Source of the DNA: an uncultured Rhodopirellula sp.
GTDB lineage: Bacteria > Planctomycetota > Planctomycetia > Pirellulales > Pirellulaceae
Assembly (NCBI GenBank): GCA_964007735.1
Contig: CAXGAI010000012.1
Location: 62,001 to 116,991, forward strand
Direction of reading: 5' to 3'
DNA: 54,991 nucleotides
The notes under the pieces were generated by a model. It saw nothing but the letters and a program-made list of their open reading frames with translations. It made no database searches and was not told the DNA's origin. This document shows, piece by piece, positions 1 to 10,307 of this stretch. Every line of letters begins with the position of its first letter. Position 1 is the first letter of the stretch. The translations under genes were made by a program, and so were the position numbers.

Positions 1-423
1 GCCATTGTTTGTAATATTGGTCACTTTGACACCGAAATTGATGTTGCCTGGTTGAATACCAATGAGTCGTTAGTCAAAGAAGAGATTAAGCCACAGGTAG
101 ATCGCTACACCTTCGAGGATGGACATTCAGTCATCTTGCTGGCAGAGGGCCGTCTGGTGAACCTTGGTTGCGCTACCGGTCACCCCTCGTTTGTGATGTC
201 CAACTCGTTCTGTAATCAAGTGATGGCCCAGATTGTGCTGTGGACAGAACCTGATAAGTATGAGATTGGCGTTCACTTTCTACCAAAGGAACTTGACGAG
301 GAGGTTGCTCGTTTGCACTTAGACCAATTGGGGGCAAAGCTGACCGTGCTTACAGAGGAGCAGGCTAACTACATTGGCGTACCTGTTGGTGGGCCGTTTA
401 AGCCGGATCACTATCGGTATTAA
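1..423 (+). CDS. ahcY: S-adenosyl-L-homocysteine hydrolase, 3' part (5'-truncated by window edge)
   Basis: Frame 1 is open from base 1 ([14 protein letters not shown]). Contains the signature [21 protein letters not shown] and the C-terminal [10 protein letters not shown] typical of AhcY. Confidence 0.97.
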   Translation, partial: AIVCNIGHFDTEIDVAWLNTNESLVKEEIKPQVDRYTFEDGHSVILLAEGRLVNLGCATGHPSFVMSNSFCNQVMAQIVLWTEPDKYEIGVHFLPKELDEEVARLHLDQLGAKLTVLTEEQANYIGVPVGGPFKPDHYRY

Positions 424-438
424 TATGCGGCGGGACAA

Positions 439-454
439 CGTTTCACGTGGAACG
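439..454. promoter_or_regulatory. parS-like ParB-binding palindrome (site 1)
   Basis: CGTTTCACGTGGAACG matches the parS consensus TGTTNCACGTGAAACA. It lies within a longer near-perfect palindrome CAACGTTTCACGTGGAACGTTG (436-457) and is intergenic. Confidence 0.85.
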
Positions 455-534
455 TTGGGAGGCTGTATTTCTTGTGGCAATGGTCGAGGACAAAAAAGCG
501 TTCTCGGCGACGCCTTCCGTTCTCGCAGATCAGC

Positions 535-550
535 CGTTTCACGTGAAACA
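535..550. promoter_or_regulatory. parS-like ParB-binding palindrome (site 2)
   Basis: CGTTTCACGTGAAACA is a 15/16 match to canonical TGTTTCACGTGAAACA and starts 96 bp after site 1. Confidence 0.9.
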
Positions 551-602
551 CCTGTATGTCGGCGTTGTAATTTTATTTCTTTTGAAGGAACCTGGTAGTA
601 CG

Positions 603-1922
603 ATGGTTCAGATTGAAGCTTTCCAGGGTTTGCGTTATGACCTGGCACACGTTGGATCTTTAAGTGATGTGATCGCGCCACCCTATGATGTGATTGATCC
701 TGAATTTCAAGACCAGCTATATGAAACCCATCCGGCAAATGTAATTCGTTTAATTCTCAATCGAGAAGAACCGGGCGATGAAGCCGGCGATGAAAAATAC
801 GATCGCGCAGCTCGATATCTCAGGCAATGGCAACGTGAAGGTGTGTTGTCAACTGAATCTCACGCTGCAGTGTACGTCTATCATCAGGAATTTACTTATG
901 CCGGTACGACATTTGTTCGTAAAGGGTTCATGTGCCGCATGCAATTAGAGAAGCTTGGTGAAGGTAACGTCTATCCCCATGAAGAAACTCACTCAGCAGC
1001 CAAGGTTGATCGTCTAAAACTATTTAATGCCACCAAGGCAAACCTGAGTCAGATCTTTGGGATCTATCCCGATGAAGGAAATCAGGCACAGTCTATTCTT
1101 GAAAGAGCAGTTGTTGGCAAGACACCGTTGGAAGCGACGGATCATTTGGGAGTTATGCACCGGCTATGGGTCGTGGATGATTTGCAGACGATCTCGGGCT
1201 TGCAATCGCAGATGTCTGACAAACCTATGTTCATCGCCGATGGGCATCATCGCTATGAGACAGCCTGCAATTATCAACAGCAGCTGCGCGAGTCTGGGGA
1301 ATTGACTGATGTGCATCCGGCAAACTCCGTCCTAACTATGTGTGTCAGTATGAATGATGAAGGCATGATTGTCCTTCCAACGCATCGCTTGTTCAAAGGG
1401 TTGCCCGCTTATGACTCGGGAACCTTGATTTCGAACATTCAAACCGATTTTGATACGGAGGTGATTGGTACTGGCTGCGAACTCGCAGGCAACGTTTGGG
1501 AACAGATTGAAATCGAGAATGCTCAGGATACCGTGGGACTTTACTGCCCCGTTGACGATACGTGGGTTCTTGCAAGGCTCAATACAAACGGTCTCGAAAA
1601 ACTTGCTAAAGTCGCGAGTGACCGTACCGATGACTGGCAAGGTTTAGGAGTATCCATACTGCATCGCTTGCTGGTCCAAACATGTCTCGGACACGACTCC
1701 TTGCCCAAGCCCAAATATGTGCACCTCGTTAGCGAGGTCGTTGATGGCCTTCAAGCCGGCAGAGATGATGACGGGGAATCATTCGGTTTAGCCGCTTTGG
1801 TGATGCCCGCCACTTTAGAGCACATTCGAACGATCAGTAAAAATGGCGAGCGGATGCCAGCCAAAAGTACCTACTTCTACCCAAAACTGTTGAGCGGTTT
1901 GGTCATTCATAGCCTGCAATAG
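603..1922 (+). CDS. DUF1015 family protein (ParB/sulfiredoxin-like fold)
   Basis: The N-terminus MVQIEAFQGLRY...VIAPPYDVI, the PHEET and FIADGHHRYE motifs and the C-terminal MPAKSTYFYPKLLSGL are characteristic of DUF1015. Start moved from GTG 447 to ATG 603. Confidence 0.9.
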   Translation: MVQIEAFQGLRYDLAHVGSLSDVIAPPYDVIDPEFQDQLYETHPANVIRLILNREEPGDEAGDEKYDRAARYLRQWQREGVLSTESHAAVYVYHQEFTYAGTTFVRKGFMCRMQLEKLGEGNVYPHEETHSAAKVDRLKLFNATKANLSQIFGIYPDEGNQAQSILERAVVGKTPLEATDHLGVMHRLWVVDDLQTISGLQSQMSDKPMFIADGHHRYETACNYQQQLRESGELTDVHPANSVLTMCVSMNDEGMIVLPTHRLFKGLPAYDSGTLISNIQTDFDTEVIGTGCELAGNVWEQIEIENAQDTVGLYCPVDDTWVLARLNTNGLEKLAKVASDRTDDWQGLGVSILHRLLVQTCLGHDSLPKPKYVHLVSEVVDGLQAGRDDDGESFGLAALVMPATLEHIRTISKNGERMPAKSTYFYPKLLSGLVIHSLQ

Positions 1923-1942
1923 TTTTAGCGAGAAGTAGCGAC

Positions 1943-2629
1943 TCAAGTATTCTCAGGTGAATCGAAGGTCAGTCGTGCCCGTTCGGAGAATCGCTGCACC
2001 TTATCGCGGTCTTTCCGCCCCGGTGCTGACTCAACTCCACTTGCCGTATCGATCGCTTGCGGTCGCGCAGAAGTGATTGCGTCAATGACATTCTCGTCCG
2101 TAATGCCTCCCGCTAGGATAATCGGCAACCCCCCAAAGGTACTAGTCTGGAGGTCGAGTGTTTCCCAGTCCAGTTGATGACCGGTTCCCCCATAGGTTCC
2201 GGGTTGATAGGCATCTAAAAGGATTGCTTGTAGTGTGACGTCGAGGGTGGTACATGCTCCCAGGTAATCAATAATTGTCGCCGGGTGGTTCGATTGGCAT
2301 CGAAAGGCTTTGATGAGCGGTAGCGGAGATAGATTCTTTAGGTAGTAAGGGTCTTCGTCTCCATGTAATTGGACATAATCAAAACCTACTGCCGCATGTA
2401 AGTCACGAATAACTTTGGGGGTTTCGTTGACAAACAGGCCGACCAGTTTGATCTTGCCACGGACAGCTTCGGCAATCGTGATAGCCAACTCCGGAGAAAT
2501 GCTTCGCGGACTTTCGGGGAAAAAGTTCAAACCGATGGCGTCTACACCAGCCTCTACGCAGATTCTGGCGTCTGTTATAGAAGTGATACCGCAGACTTTG
2601 GTTTGGAATAGTTGTTTCATGGAACTCAA
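1943..2629 (-). CDS. trpF: phosphoribosylanthranilate isomerase
   Basis: Motifs KVCGIT, DAIGLNF, VQLHGDE, GGTG, ILAGGI and IDTASGVE..PGRKD. Start is TTG 2629 or ATG 2620. Confidence 0.95.
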   Translation of the reverse strand: MSSMKQLFQTKVCGITSITDARICVEAGVDAIGLNFFPESPRSISPELAITIAEAVRGKIKLVGLFVNETPKVIRDLHAAVGFDYVQLHGDEDPYYLKNLSPLPLIKAFRCQSNHPATIIDYLGACTTLDVTLQAILLDAYQPGTYGGTGHQLDWETLDLQTSTFGGLPIILAGGITDENVIDAITSARPQAIDTASGVESAPGRKDRDKVQRFSERARLTFDSPENT

Positions 2630-2833
2630 TTTGCCTTTTTAGGCCGCTATCTTTTAACGAACCGTCATATTTTAACGCTTCAGGTTAGAAGATGGAGGAA
2701 ATAGCGAGACTTGCAATCTGGGAATGATCATTTTTCAGCTACTAAATGGTATCTGCCGAAAACTAAAGGTAAGCCGGTCGGTTCTTAATTATCTGACCTT
2801 TTAGCTTAGTGCAGGGGTAGGAAGTCACAAGTG

Positions 2834-3724
2834 ATGTATGAATCATATTATCAATTGAGCGGTCGTCCGTTTAATTGCTCACCTAATACAGAATGTTTCT
2901 TTGCCGTTGACTATGTGCGTGACTCGCTTTCGCAGCTTGTACGTATCGTGACCCGGAGTGAAGGTGTCTCGTTAGTAGCCGGTCCTACCGGGACAGGCAA
3001 ATCCTCGGTATGCCAATTGTTAGTGGAACACTTTCAGTTTAGCCATCAGGTTATTTATTTTCAGCATGCGGTATTTTCCAGTCGGCATGCGTTTCTTGAG
3101 AGTGTTGTCCTTGCTTTGGGGATTTCTAACACTCGAAATTCGGAAGCTCAAAACCGAGCAGCCATTCAGCAACATTTGTTTAATCTCGATGAACATCCAC
3201 GTTCATTGCTTCTAATTATTGATGACGCACATCAGCTTTCAGCTGAAATATTAGAAGAGTGCCGTCAATTGACCAGTCTTGTATACAGTGGTGCTGCCCG
3301 GGTGCATCTGGTTTTAGCTGGTACACTCAAACTCGAAGATTCGCTCGCTCATCCCACTTTGGCCTCACTTAATCAACGTATTGTTCACCGCTGCTACCTC
3401 TCAGCATTGTCGGCTATGGAAACTCGCGCGATGATTGGTGATTGTATTACCACGGCCGGAGGTGCGATCACAGAGTTGTTTACTCGGGATGCATTGCGCA
3501 AAATTTATGAATACACCGAAGGTGTGCCTCGAATCATTGTGCAATTATCAGACCGGGCAATGTTACTTGGGATGAAGCGGGATCAGGCTACGTTGGATTC
3601 TTATGATATAGAACTGGCGTGGGCAGATCTCCAGCAACTTCCAGAGCCCAAGACGCAGGAAGAGCTCGCTCAACCTGTAACTCCGGCTTCTAGTTCCATC
3701 GAATTCGGGCTGTTAACTGATTAA
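2834..3724 (+). CDS. ExeA/GspA-like AAA ATPase (general secretion pathway protein A family)
   Basis: N-terminal MYESYYQLSGRPF, Walker A GPTGTGKS, Walker B LIIDDAH, LVLAG, LNQRI and TEGVPRII. Confidence 0.85.
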   Translation: MYESYYQLSGRPFNCSPNTECFFAVDYVRDSLSQLVRIVTRSEGVSLVAGPTGTGKSSVCQLLVEHFQFSHQVIYFQHAVFSSRHAFLESVVLALGISNTRNSEAQNRAAIQQHLFNLDEHPRSLLLIIDDAHQLSAEILEECRQLTSLVYSGAARVHLVLAGTLKLEDSLAHPTLASLNQRIVHRCYLSALSAMETRAMIGDCITTAGGAITELFTRDALRKIYEYTEGVPRIIVQLSDRAMLLGMKRDQATLDSYDIELAWADLQQLPEPKTQEELAQPVTPASSSIEFGLLTD

Positions 3725-3742
3725 TATTCCGGGTATTTGCTG

Positions 3743-4681
3743 ATGTCTACAGTTACCGTTACGGGTGGTGCCGGCTTTATTGGATCTCATTTGGTCCATG
3801 CATTACTTGCCAAAGGAGATCATGTCTGCGTGATAGATGATTTCTCCACAGGTCGTCTTTCTAATCTTCAGGACGTGTTAGAACACATTGAGCTGGTGGA
3901 AGGTTCTATCCTTGACGAAAAGTCTTTGGCTCGAGCGGTAAGTAATTCCGAGGTGATTTATCATCAGGCGGCCCAGGTTTCGGTGCCGTACTCGCTGGAA
4001 AACCCTCAGCATACGATGCAAACCAATGGGGAAGGTACTCGGCGAGTGCTAGAAGCGGCTGCCCGTACGGATTGTCGCCGCGTGATTTATGCCGGATCGA
4101 GCAGCTGTTACGGGAATGTGTCTAATCCAATTCAAACAGAGACAGATGAAATTGCACCGATCTCACCTTATGGTATTGCCAAATATCAGGGAGAAGAACA
4201 TTGTCATGCCATAGCTGCATCCGGCAGACTCGAGACAGTGGTTCTTCGATATTTCAATGTGTTTGGTCCCGGACAGGACCCATCAAGCCCGTATTCGGCT
4301 GTCATTCCAAAATTCATTGCGTTGATTCTGGACGGACAGCAACCAAGGATTTTTGGTGATGGAACTCAGTCACGAGACTTTACCTTCGTTCAAAATATCG
4401 TGGAAGCCAATTTGCTGGCTGCCGAAGCCCAGCATGTATCCGGTCAAAGTATCAATGTTGCCAACGGCCGAAGTATTTCTTTGCTCAAGTTGACGGAGCT
4501 TTTGAGCCGTTACCTTCAGTGTGATGTGAGGCCGGAATTCTCAGCAGCTCGTGAAGGAGATATCCTTCATAGCTGTGCCAATATCTCTAAAGCAACCGAC
4601 TTGCTGGGGTACGTGCCTAGTGTTGGTATTGAGGTCGGTCTGGAAGCTACAGTCAAAGCCTTTCGGGATGATGTGGTATGA
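3743..4681 (+). CDS. NAD-dependent nucleotide-sugar epimerase (extended SDR; UDP-GlcNAc/UDP-Glc 4-epimerase, WbpP-like)
   Basis: TGGAGFIGS, the catalytic YGIAK (YxxxK), LRYFNVFGPGQDP and GDGTQSRDFT. Confidence 0.9.
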   Translation: MSTVTVTGGAGFIGSHLVHALLAKGDHVCVIDDFSTGRLSNLQDVLEHIELVEGSILDEKSLARAVSNSEVIYHQAAQVSVPYSLENPQHTMQTNGEGTRRVLEAAARTDCRRVIYAGSSSCYGNVSNPIQTETDEIAPISPYGIAKYQGEEHCHAIAASGRLETVVLRYFNVFGPGQDPSSPYSAVIPKFIALILDGQQPRIFGDGTQSRDFTFVQNIVEANLLAAEAQHVSGQSINVANGRSISLLKLTELLSRYLQCDVRPEFSAAREGDILHSCANISKATDLLGYVPSVGIEVGLEATVKAFRDDVV

Positions 4682-5415
4682 ACGACTGGAAAGTAATAGT
4701 TTCTGTTGCCACATATAACGAACGGGAGAATATTGAACGCCTTGTCGCTGCGATTCGTAAAGCCGTGGCCGATATTCATGTACTTGTTATTGATGATGGC
4801 AGTCCTGATGGAACAGGGGATTGGTGTGAACAGTTTCAACAGGGCCATGACTGGTTTCATCATATTCAACGTGGAAGTAAGCAAGGGTTAGGCACTGCCA
4901 CGATCTGTGGAATGCAATATGCCGTGGAACAGGGTTATGATCTGTGGATTGGAATGGATGCTGACTTTAGTCATCCCCCGGAGAAGTTACCAGCCATGAT
5001 TCAAGCAATTGGAGAGCGAGGACGACCAATCGCCGATGTCGTCATTGGTTCACGATATTGCCCGGGTGGTGGAGTAACTGGGTGGCCTCTTACGCGACGG
5101 ATCATGAGTCGCGGTGTGAATCTTTATGCACGAATCCTTATGGGGTTGTCACCAAGAGATTGCTCTGGAGCCTTCAGATGTTGCCGGACTGATTTGCTCG
5201 AAAAGCTAGATTTTTCAGCAATACAGTCGACCGGATATTCATTTTTTGAAGAATTCCTTTGGCACCTGAAACGCCTGGGTGCACGCATTGTTGAAGTTCC
5301 GATTATCTTTGTCGATCGTGAATATGGACACTCTAAACTAAATCGTCAGGAAGCATTTCAGTCCTTATGGATGATGTTCAAACTGGGGATTCGCAACTGG
5401 CTGCGATTGGGGTGA
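4678..5415 (+). CDS. polyprenol monophosphomannose synthase-like GT2 glycosyltransferase (DPM1-like)
   Basis: TYNERENI, DDGSPDGTG, MDADFSH, VIGSRY and EVPIIFVDR..G.SK. ATGA overlap with the upstream gene. Confidence 0.9.
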   Translation: MNDWKVIVSVATYNERENIERLVAAIRKAVADIHVLVIDDGSPDGTGDWCEQFQQGHDWFHHIQRGSKQGLGTATICGMQYAVEQGYDLWIGMDADFSHPPEKLPAMIQAIGERGRPIADVVIGSRYCPGGGVTGWPLTRRIMSRGVNLYARILMGLSPRDCSGAFRCCRTDLLEKLDFSAIQSTGYSFFEEFLWHLKRLGARIVEVPIIFVDREYGHSKLNRQEAFQSLWMMFKLGIRNWLRLG

Positions 5416-5524
5416 ATTTGAGTTAGAATAGCATGCAATCTGACCGAACGCGCTCGGCAAGCGAATGAGTGTTAAGGTCATTTAGAGCCTAATTACTAAC
5501 TCTGCTATCACTGAAAGGGTGCAT

Positions 5525-6787
5525 ATGAAAATTGCACTACATCCTTTACTCTTTGGCGTCTTCTTCTTAGTTAGTGTTCCAACTTCCCAAGCACAAATCG
5601 GCATTGAGATTCAGTCTGGTGAACATGATCGAATTGGAACGCCAGTAAAAGTGATTTTGGATGCCAAAGAGGCGTTGGAGGCAAGTCGGGCTAAGATCAA
5701 CCTTAACGGTAAGGAAATTTACGGACAGCTTTGCGAGCTAGGCTTGGTGTCGTTGCGTGAACTGGGGGATGAGGCCGACGCAGCCAGCCAGCGCGAATTG
5801 CATTTCATTCTTCCAAAATTACCTGCCGGGCAAAAGTTCAACGGAACGGTGACATTTGGTTTGCCGGATCAAGCCGACAAAACCCGCTTCCGTTTTGAAG
5901 ATGAAGAAGGGTTATCCACGGATTTAATTCTGGGTGACCGACCTGTCATGCGTTACATGTATGAAACGCTTGATACGTCCAGTCAGCAACGCATTGGTGA
6001 AACCTATAAAGTTTACCATCACGTTTACGACCCTCATGGGAAAGGATTTGTTACCAAGGGACCAGGCGGCTTGTTTCCTCACCATCGTGGACTTTTCTAT
6101 GGCTTCAATAAGATAAGTTACTCCGTTGATGGGCAGGCAATGACGGCTGATGTCTGGCATTGCCGTAGTGGAGAATCCCAAGCACATGTGAAAGTTCATT
6201 CGGAGGTTACTGGAAATGTACTGGGACGTCATCGATTGGAAATTGATTGGAAAGGGAAGAACGGTCAGCCCTTTGCCACAGAATGGAGGGAACTTTCGGC
6301 CTACAATGTTGAGGGGGGAGTGATGATTGAGTTTGCTTCCAAACTGGAAACGTTGGTGGGTGAAATTACGTTGGCCGGTGACCCTCAACATGCAGGGTTT
6401 CAGTTTCGAGGTTCTCAGGAAATTCCGGATAAAACGGCTTCTCAAACCTATTATGTTCGTCCGGATGGCAAAGGAGAGCCCGGAGCTTTTCGTAACTGGC
6501 CCGGAAATAAAGACCATGTCAATTTAAGATGGAATGCATTGTGCTTTGTGTTGGGGGAGGAAAGGCTTACCTGTTGTTATCTTGACCATCCGGAAAATCC
6601 CAAAGAGGCCAGGTTTAGCGAACGTAACTATGGTCGGTTTGGATCTTACTTTGAATACACTGTCGACGAAGATAAACCTCTCCAACTCAATTATCGGATC
6701 TGGTTGCAATACGAAGAAATGACGATTGAGGGTATTGATAAATACAGCCAAGATTTTGTGACTCCACCAACAGCGTTGCAGAAGTAA
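5525..6787 (+). CDS. secreted PmoA-like/DUF6807 family protein (not a true methane monooxygenase)
   Basis: Signal peptide plus KVYHHVY, GGLFPHHRGLFYGF, DPQHAGFQFR, LDHPENP and RNYGRFG, typical of this planctomycete-expanded family. Confidence 0.7.
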   Translation: MKIALHPLLFGVFFLVSVPTSQAQIGIEIQSGEHDRIGTPVKVILDAKEALEASRAKINLNGKEIYGQLCELGLVSLRELGDEADAASQRELHFILPKLPAGQKFNGTVTFGLPDQADKTRFRFEDEEGLSTDLILGDRPVMRYMYETLDTSSQQRIGETYKVYHHVYDPHGKGFVTKGPGGLFPHHRGLFYGFNKISYSVDGQAMTADVWHCRSGESQAHVKVHSEVTGNVLGRHRLEIDWKGKNGQPFATEWRELSAYNVEGGVMIEFASKLETLVGEITLAGDPQHAGFQFRGSQEIPDKTASQTYYVRPDGKGEPGAFRNWPGNKDHVNLRWNALCFVLGEERLTCCYLDHPENPKEARFSERNYGRFGSYFEYTVDEDKPLQLNYRIWLQYEEMTIEGIDKYSQDFVTPPTALQK

Positions 6788-6878
6788 ATCCTGCTAAAGC
6801 CAAAGATTGCACCGGCCTGCGATGCAATCTAAAATTTGATTCTAAATACAAATACACATCTCTATAGAGGTAGATAAT

Positions 6879-8834
6879 ATGTCTGAGAACACGGGCGGTT
6901 CCATTGATAATGTGATGCAGGAAAGCCGGTTGTTTCCCCCTTCCGAAGAATTTCTAAATGGCTGCGAAATCAATTCGATGGAGGCCTATCAGGAGTTGTA
7001 TGACCGTGCTGCGGCGGATCCAGTGAAGTTTTGGGGCGACTTAGCCAAAGAAGAGTTGCATTGGTTTCAGGATTTTGACCAAACACTCGAATGGAAGGAG
7101 CCATATGCGCAATGGTTCTTAGGCGGTACGACTAATGTTTCCTATAACTGTCTTGATCGTAATCTGGAAACCAATGGAGATAAGATAGCAATTATTTGGG
7201 AAGGTGAGCCGGGGGACATTCGGACTTTCACTTACAAAGAACTTCACAGCGAAGTCTGCCGACTGGCCAACGCATTTAAAAAAGCAGGCGTCGAAAAAGG
7301 GGACGTTGTTTCTATTTATATGCCAATGGTCCCCGAACTTGCCTTTGCTATGCTGGCATGTGCTCGGATTGGTGCCGTCCACAGTGTGATTTTTGCAGGT
7401 TTTTCCGCGGAGTCGATTGCTGATCGTAATAACGATGCCAGTGCAAAAATACAGCTTACAGCGGACGGTGGATATCGCCGAGGTAAGGTTTTGGCATTGA
7501 AGAGCATAGTTGATGAAGCTTTGGAAAAGTCTCCGACGGTTGAAACCTGTCTCGTACTTAATCGCACGGATTCAGAAGTTTCAATGAAAGAAGGACGAGA
7601 TATTTGGTGGCATGAATTGCTTGAGTCGGTTGATGATAACTGTCCGGCCGAACCGCTGGATTCTGAGAGCCCGCTATTTATTCTTTACACGAGTGGCTCT
7701 ACCGGAAAACCCAAGGGAATCAAGCATACAACGGCTGGTTACAACCTTTATGCAAAGAAGACTTTTGAGTGGGTGTTTGATATACGTGATGATGACATCT
7801 ATTGGTGTACTGCCGATTGTGGTTGGATTACCGGTCATAGCTATATTGTTTATGGTCCACTGAGTGCCGGAGCCACCTGTGTGATGTTTGAAGGAGCTCC
7901 GAACTATCCAGCAGAAGACCGCTTCTGGGATTTGGTGGAGAAACACAAGATTACGATTTTATATACAGCCCCCACGGCGATTCGCGCCTTTATAAAATGG
8001 GGTGACGAACATGTAGAGAAACATGACTTAAGCAGCTTGCGATTACTGGGGACCGTGGGTGAAGGAATCAATCCTGAAGCCTGGATGTGGTATCACGAAA
8101 AGATTGGTGGCGAGCGATGTCCGATTGTTGACACCTGGTGGCAGACAGAAACCGGTGGAATCATGATGAGCCCTCTGCCTGGGGCTGTTCCTGCAAAGCC
8201 AGGTAGTTGTACCAAGCCATTGCCAGGAATCCTCCCGGCCATTTTAGATGAGACCGGGCAGGAAGTTGGTGAGAATCAGGGGGGTATGCTTGTGATGACT
8301 CATCCATGGCCCGGTATGTTGCGAGGAATCTGGGGCGATAACGAGCGTTACAAAGAACAGTATTGGTCCAAGTTTGAAGGTCAATACCTCGCAGGTGATA
8401 ACGCACGATGTGATCAGGATGGTTACTACTGGATCATGGGACGTATCGATGATGTTATTAATGTTTCAGGTCACCGTTTGAGTACAATCGAAGTCGAAAG
8501 TGCTCTGGTGAGTCATCCAAATGTGGCTGAAGCAGCTGCTGTTGGTCGAAAGGATGATATTAAAGGCCAGGCGGTTGCTGTATTTGTGACCTTGGTTAAT
8601 GCGGAAGCCTCGGATGAGATGAAACAGGAACTGAAGATGCATGTCCGGAAAGAAATCGGAGCGTTAGCTCAACCTGATGACATCCGTTTTACGGGTGCTT
8701 TACCAAAAACCCGTAGTGGTAAGATTATGCGACGACTATTGCGTGATATTGCTGAGGGTAAAGAAGCCGTTGGTGACACGACAACGCTGGAAGACTACTC
8801 GGTCCTAGCTCAGTTGCGAGCGAACGACGAGTAG
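6879..8834 (+). CDS. acs: acetyl-CoA synthetase
   Basis: AMP-binding motif [11 protein letters not shown], plus [23 protein letters not shown] and [12 protein letters not shown]. Confidence 0.97.
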   Translation: MSENTGGSIDNVMQESRLFPPSEEFLNGCEINSMEAYQELYDRAAADPVKFWGDLAKEELHWFQDFDQTLEWKEPYAQWFLGGTTNVSYNCLDRNLETNGDKIAIIWEGEPGDIRTFTYKELHSEVCRLANAFKKAGVEKGDVVSIYMPMVPELAFAMLACARIGAVHSVIFAGFSAESIADRNNDASAKIQLTADGGYRRGKVLALKSIVDEALEKSPTVETCLVLNRTDSEVSMKEGRDIWWHELLESVDDNCPAEPLDSESPLFILYTSGSTGKPKGIKHTTAGYNLYAKKTFEWVFDIRDDDIYWCTADCGWITGHSYIVYGPLSAGATCVMFEGAPNYPAEDRFWDLVEKHKITILYTAPTAIRAFIKWGDEHVEKHDLSSLRLLGTVGEGINPEAWMWYHEKIGGERCPIVDTWWQTETGGIMMSPLPGAVPAKPGSCTKPLPGILPAILDETGQEVGENQGGMLVMTHPWPGMLRGIWGDNERYKEQYWSKFEGQYLAGDNARCDQDGYYWIMGRIDDVINVSGHRLSTIEVESALVSHPNVAEAAAVGRKDDIKGQAVAVFVTLVNAEASDEMKQELKMHVRKEIGALAQPDDIRFTGALPKTRSGKIMRRLLRDIAEGKEAVGDTTTLEDYSVLAQLRANDE

Positions 8835-8857
8835 TTTGTACGCAACACAAGTTTATA

Positions 8858-8900
8858 AAAGTAAGGGCCATTCACATGCATTGTGAATGGCCCTTACTTT
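8858..8900. terminator. bidirectional intrinsic terminator
   Basis: Perfect 19-bp inverted repeat AAAGTAAGGGCCATTCACA-tgcat-TGTGAATGGCCCTTACTTT between convergent genes. Confidence 0.85.
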
Positions 8901-8921
8901 GTCTTGCTTGGCTTCGGGGAG

Positions 8922-9557
8922 TTAGTTACCGGCTGTGGCAGCGCCTTCTTCCTGCTGGGTGGCCAGTCGGCGATCGGCATCTTTCCAGATCCGAATCATT
9001 TCTTCCGGTTCTTCAAAGTTGAGGTAAGTTGGTGCTTCGTTCGCGGCGACTCTGGTTGCCATTCCAGCAATTCTCCATCCATCCTGTTGCTGACGCAAAA
9101 TCCAAATGATGTCAAACTGGTGGATTAGTCCGTCGTCGCCAGGTTCTGTCCAAAGGCTTGTCACGTAGGCTCCGCCGGAGACCATTTCAACACCACCCAC
9201 TTCAAAGGTTGCATTGGGTGACCCCGGGCTACGCACAACTAAATCGTGTTTTTCAGTTTCTTCTTTAGCTTTGGTTGTCAAAAGATTCGAGATCTCGCTG
9301 TCGTCACCTAACTGCAGGGCAGCGAGGAAGTTTTGGACGATAAGCTGTGGACTAGCTTCCTCTAGAGATGATTCTGCGATCTGAGATGATGGGACTGCGT
9401 TGTCGTCCAACTCCGTCGTAATGGTTACTTCCGGAACTTGTAAGATTCCAGCATTTTCGGCTGGCTCCGTGTTATCACTTGAATCGGTGCAGCCTGTTAG
9501 ACAGATGGTGATGATCCCCAGAATACCGGAGAGTTTGGAAATATCTGAAAATCGCAT
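8922..9557 (-). CDS. hypothetical lipoprotein (possibly NTF2-like C-terminal domain)
   Basis: Lipobox-like LTGC after a hydrophobic stretch, an acidic linker and WILRQQQDGWRIAGM. Confidence 0.7.
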   Translation of the reverse strand: MRFSDISKLSGILGIITICLTGCTDSSDNTEPAENAGILQVPEVTITTELDDNAVPSSQIAESSLEEASPQLIVQNFLAALQLGDDSEISNLLTTKAKEETEKHDLVVRSPGSPNATFEVGGVEMVSGGAYVTSLWTEPGDDGLIHQFDIIWILRQQQDGWRIAGMATRVAANEAPTYLNFEEPEEMIRIWKDADRRLATQQEEGAATAGN

Positions 9558-9738
9558 GGATTAGATGCCTTCCCATAAATACAAAGACGGTTTTTAGTGC
9601 GACTATCTTCGAAAAAATGGTTACTTCTGTAAAGACGAATCATTCAACGGGTCGAAGAAGATAAAGGAGTGTCGTCCAATTAAGGATGGCCAGCCTGAAA
9701 AGTAACCCCACATGTTTTTGTAGGCGAGGATCCTGATA

Positions 9739-10212
9739 ATGAAGCGTTTTAGCGTATGCGGATTGGCTTTGCTGGTGTTGGTGGCGCTTGTCGTGACAAC
9801 AACAGTTCGAGCAGATGAAGACTCTAAGAAATTATTAAATTTGAATTTGCCTCAGATCAGCCTGAAAAAGGCTGATTGCTGCGAAGATGATAAAGAATGT
9901 TGTGAAGAGAAAGAATCTTGCTGTTCTGCCGGCATGAAGATTCTCAGTCGTGCAAAGAATCTTTTCAAAAAAGAGAAATGCACAGGAAAAGAAGATTGTC
10001 CTGTTTGCAATGCCAAGGAAGAAGACTCTCAAGAGGACAGTCAGGTCAAGGATGTACCAGCGAAAGAGCTGACCGACAAAGCCACAGAAACAGCAAAGAA
10101 TCTGACAGGTAAAGCAGGTAACGTTGTTAAAGAGGGTGCTGATAAAGCGAAAGAAACCATCGGTAGGCTTCGCCAACGCACTGAAAAGGTGATTGAGAAG
10201 ATCAAAAAGTAA
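9739..10212 (+). CDS. secreted hypothetical protein with Cys-rich segment and Lys/Glu-rich helical tail
   Basis: Signal peptide ending VRA-D, GAGGA RBS, CC..CC..CC and C-x5-C-x2-C clusters, followed by a terminator. Confidence 0.75.
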   Translation: MKRFSVCGLALLVLVALVVTTTVRADEDSKKLLNLNLPQISLKKADCCEDDKECCEEKESCCSAGMKILSRAKNLFKKEKCTGKEDCPVCNAKEEDSQEDSQVKDVPAKELTDKATETAKNLTGKAGNVVKEGADKAKETIGRLRQRTEKVIEKIKK

Positions 10213-10237
10213 CAACTTTTCAATCTAACGGATCTTA

Positions 10238-10276
10238 AAAAGAGGCTGTGTCTGATTAGCAGACACAGCCTCTTTT
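10238..10276. terminator. bidirectional intrinsic terminator
   Basis: Perfect inverted repeat AAAAGAGGCTGTGTCTG-attag-CAGACACAGCCTCTTTT between convergent genes. Confidence 0.85.
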
Positions 10277-10307
10277 ATTTGATCGGCAAATTTGAAGATT
10301 ATTAGCT

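Noticed and set aside
447..602. 52-aa N-terminal extension of the DUF1015 ORF from GTG 447
   Set aside because: It runs through the parS palindromes, and family-like sequence starts only at ATG 603.
5525..6787. Possible methane monooxygenase (family name PmoA)
   Set aside because: This is a soluble secreted protein with no TM helices and no pmoCAB context; the family name is misleading.
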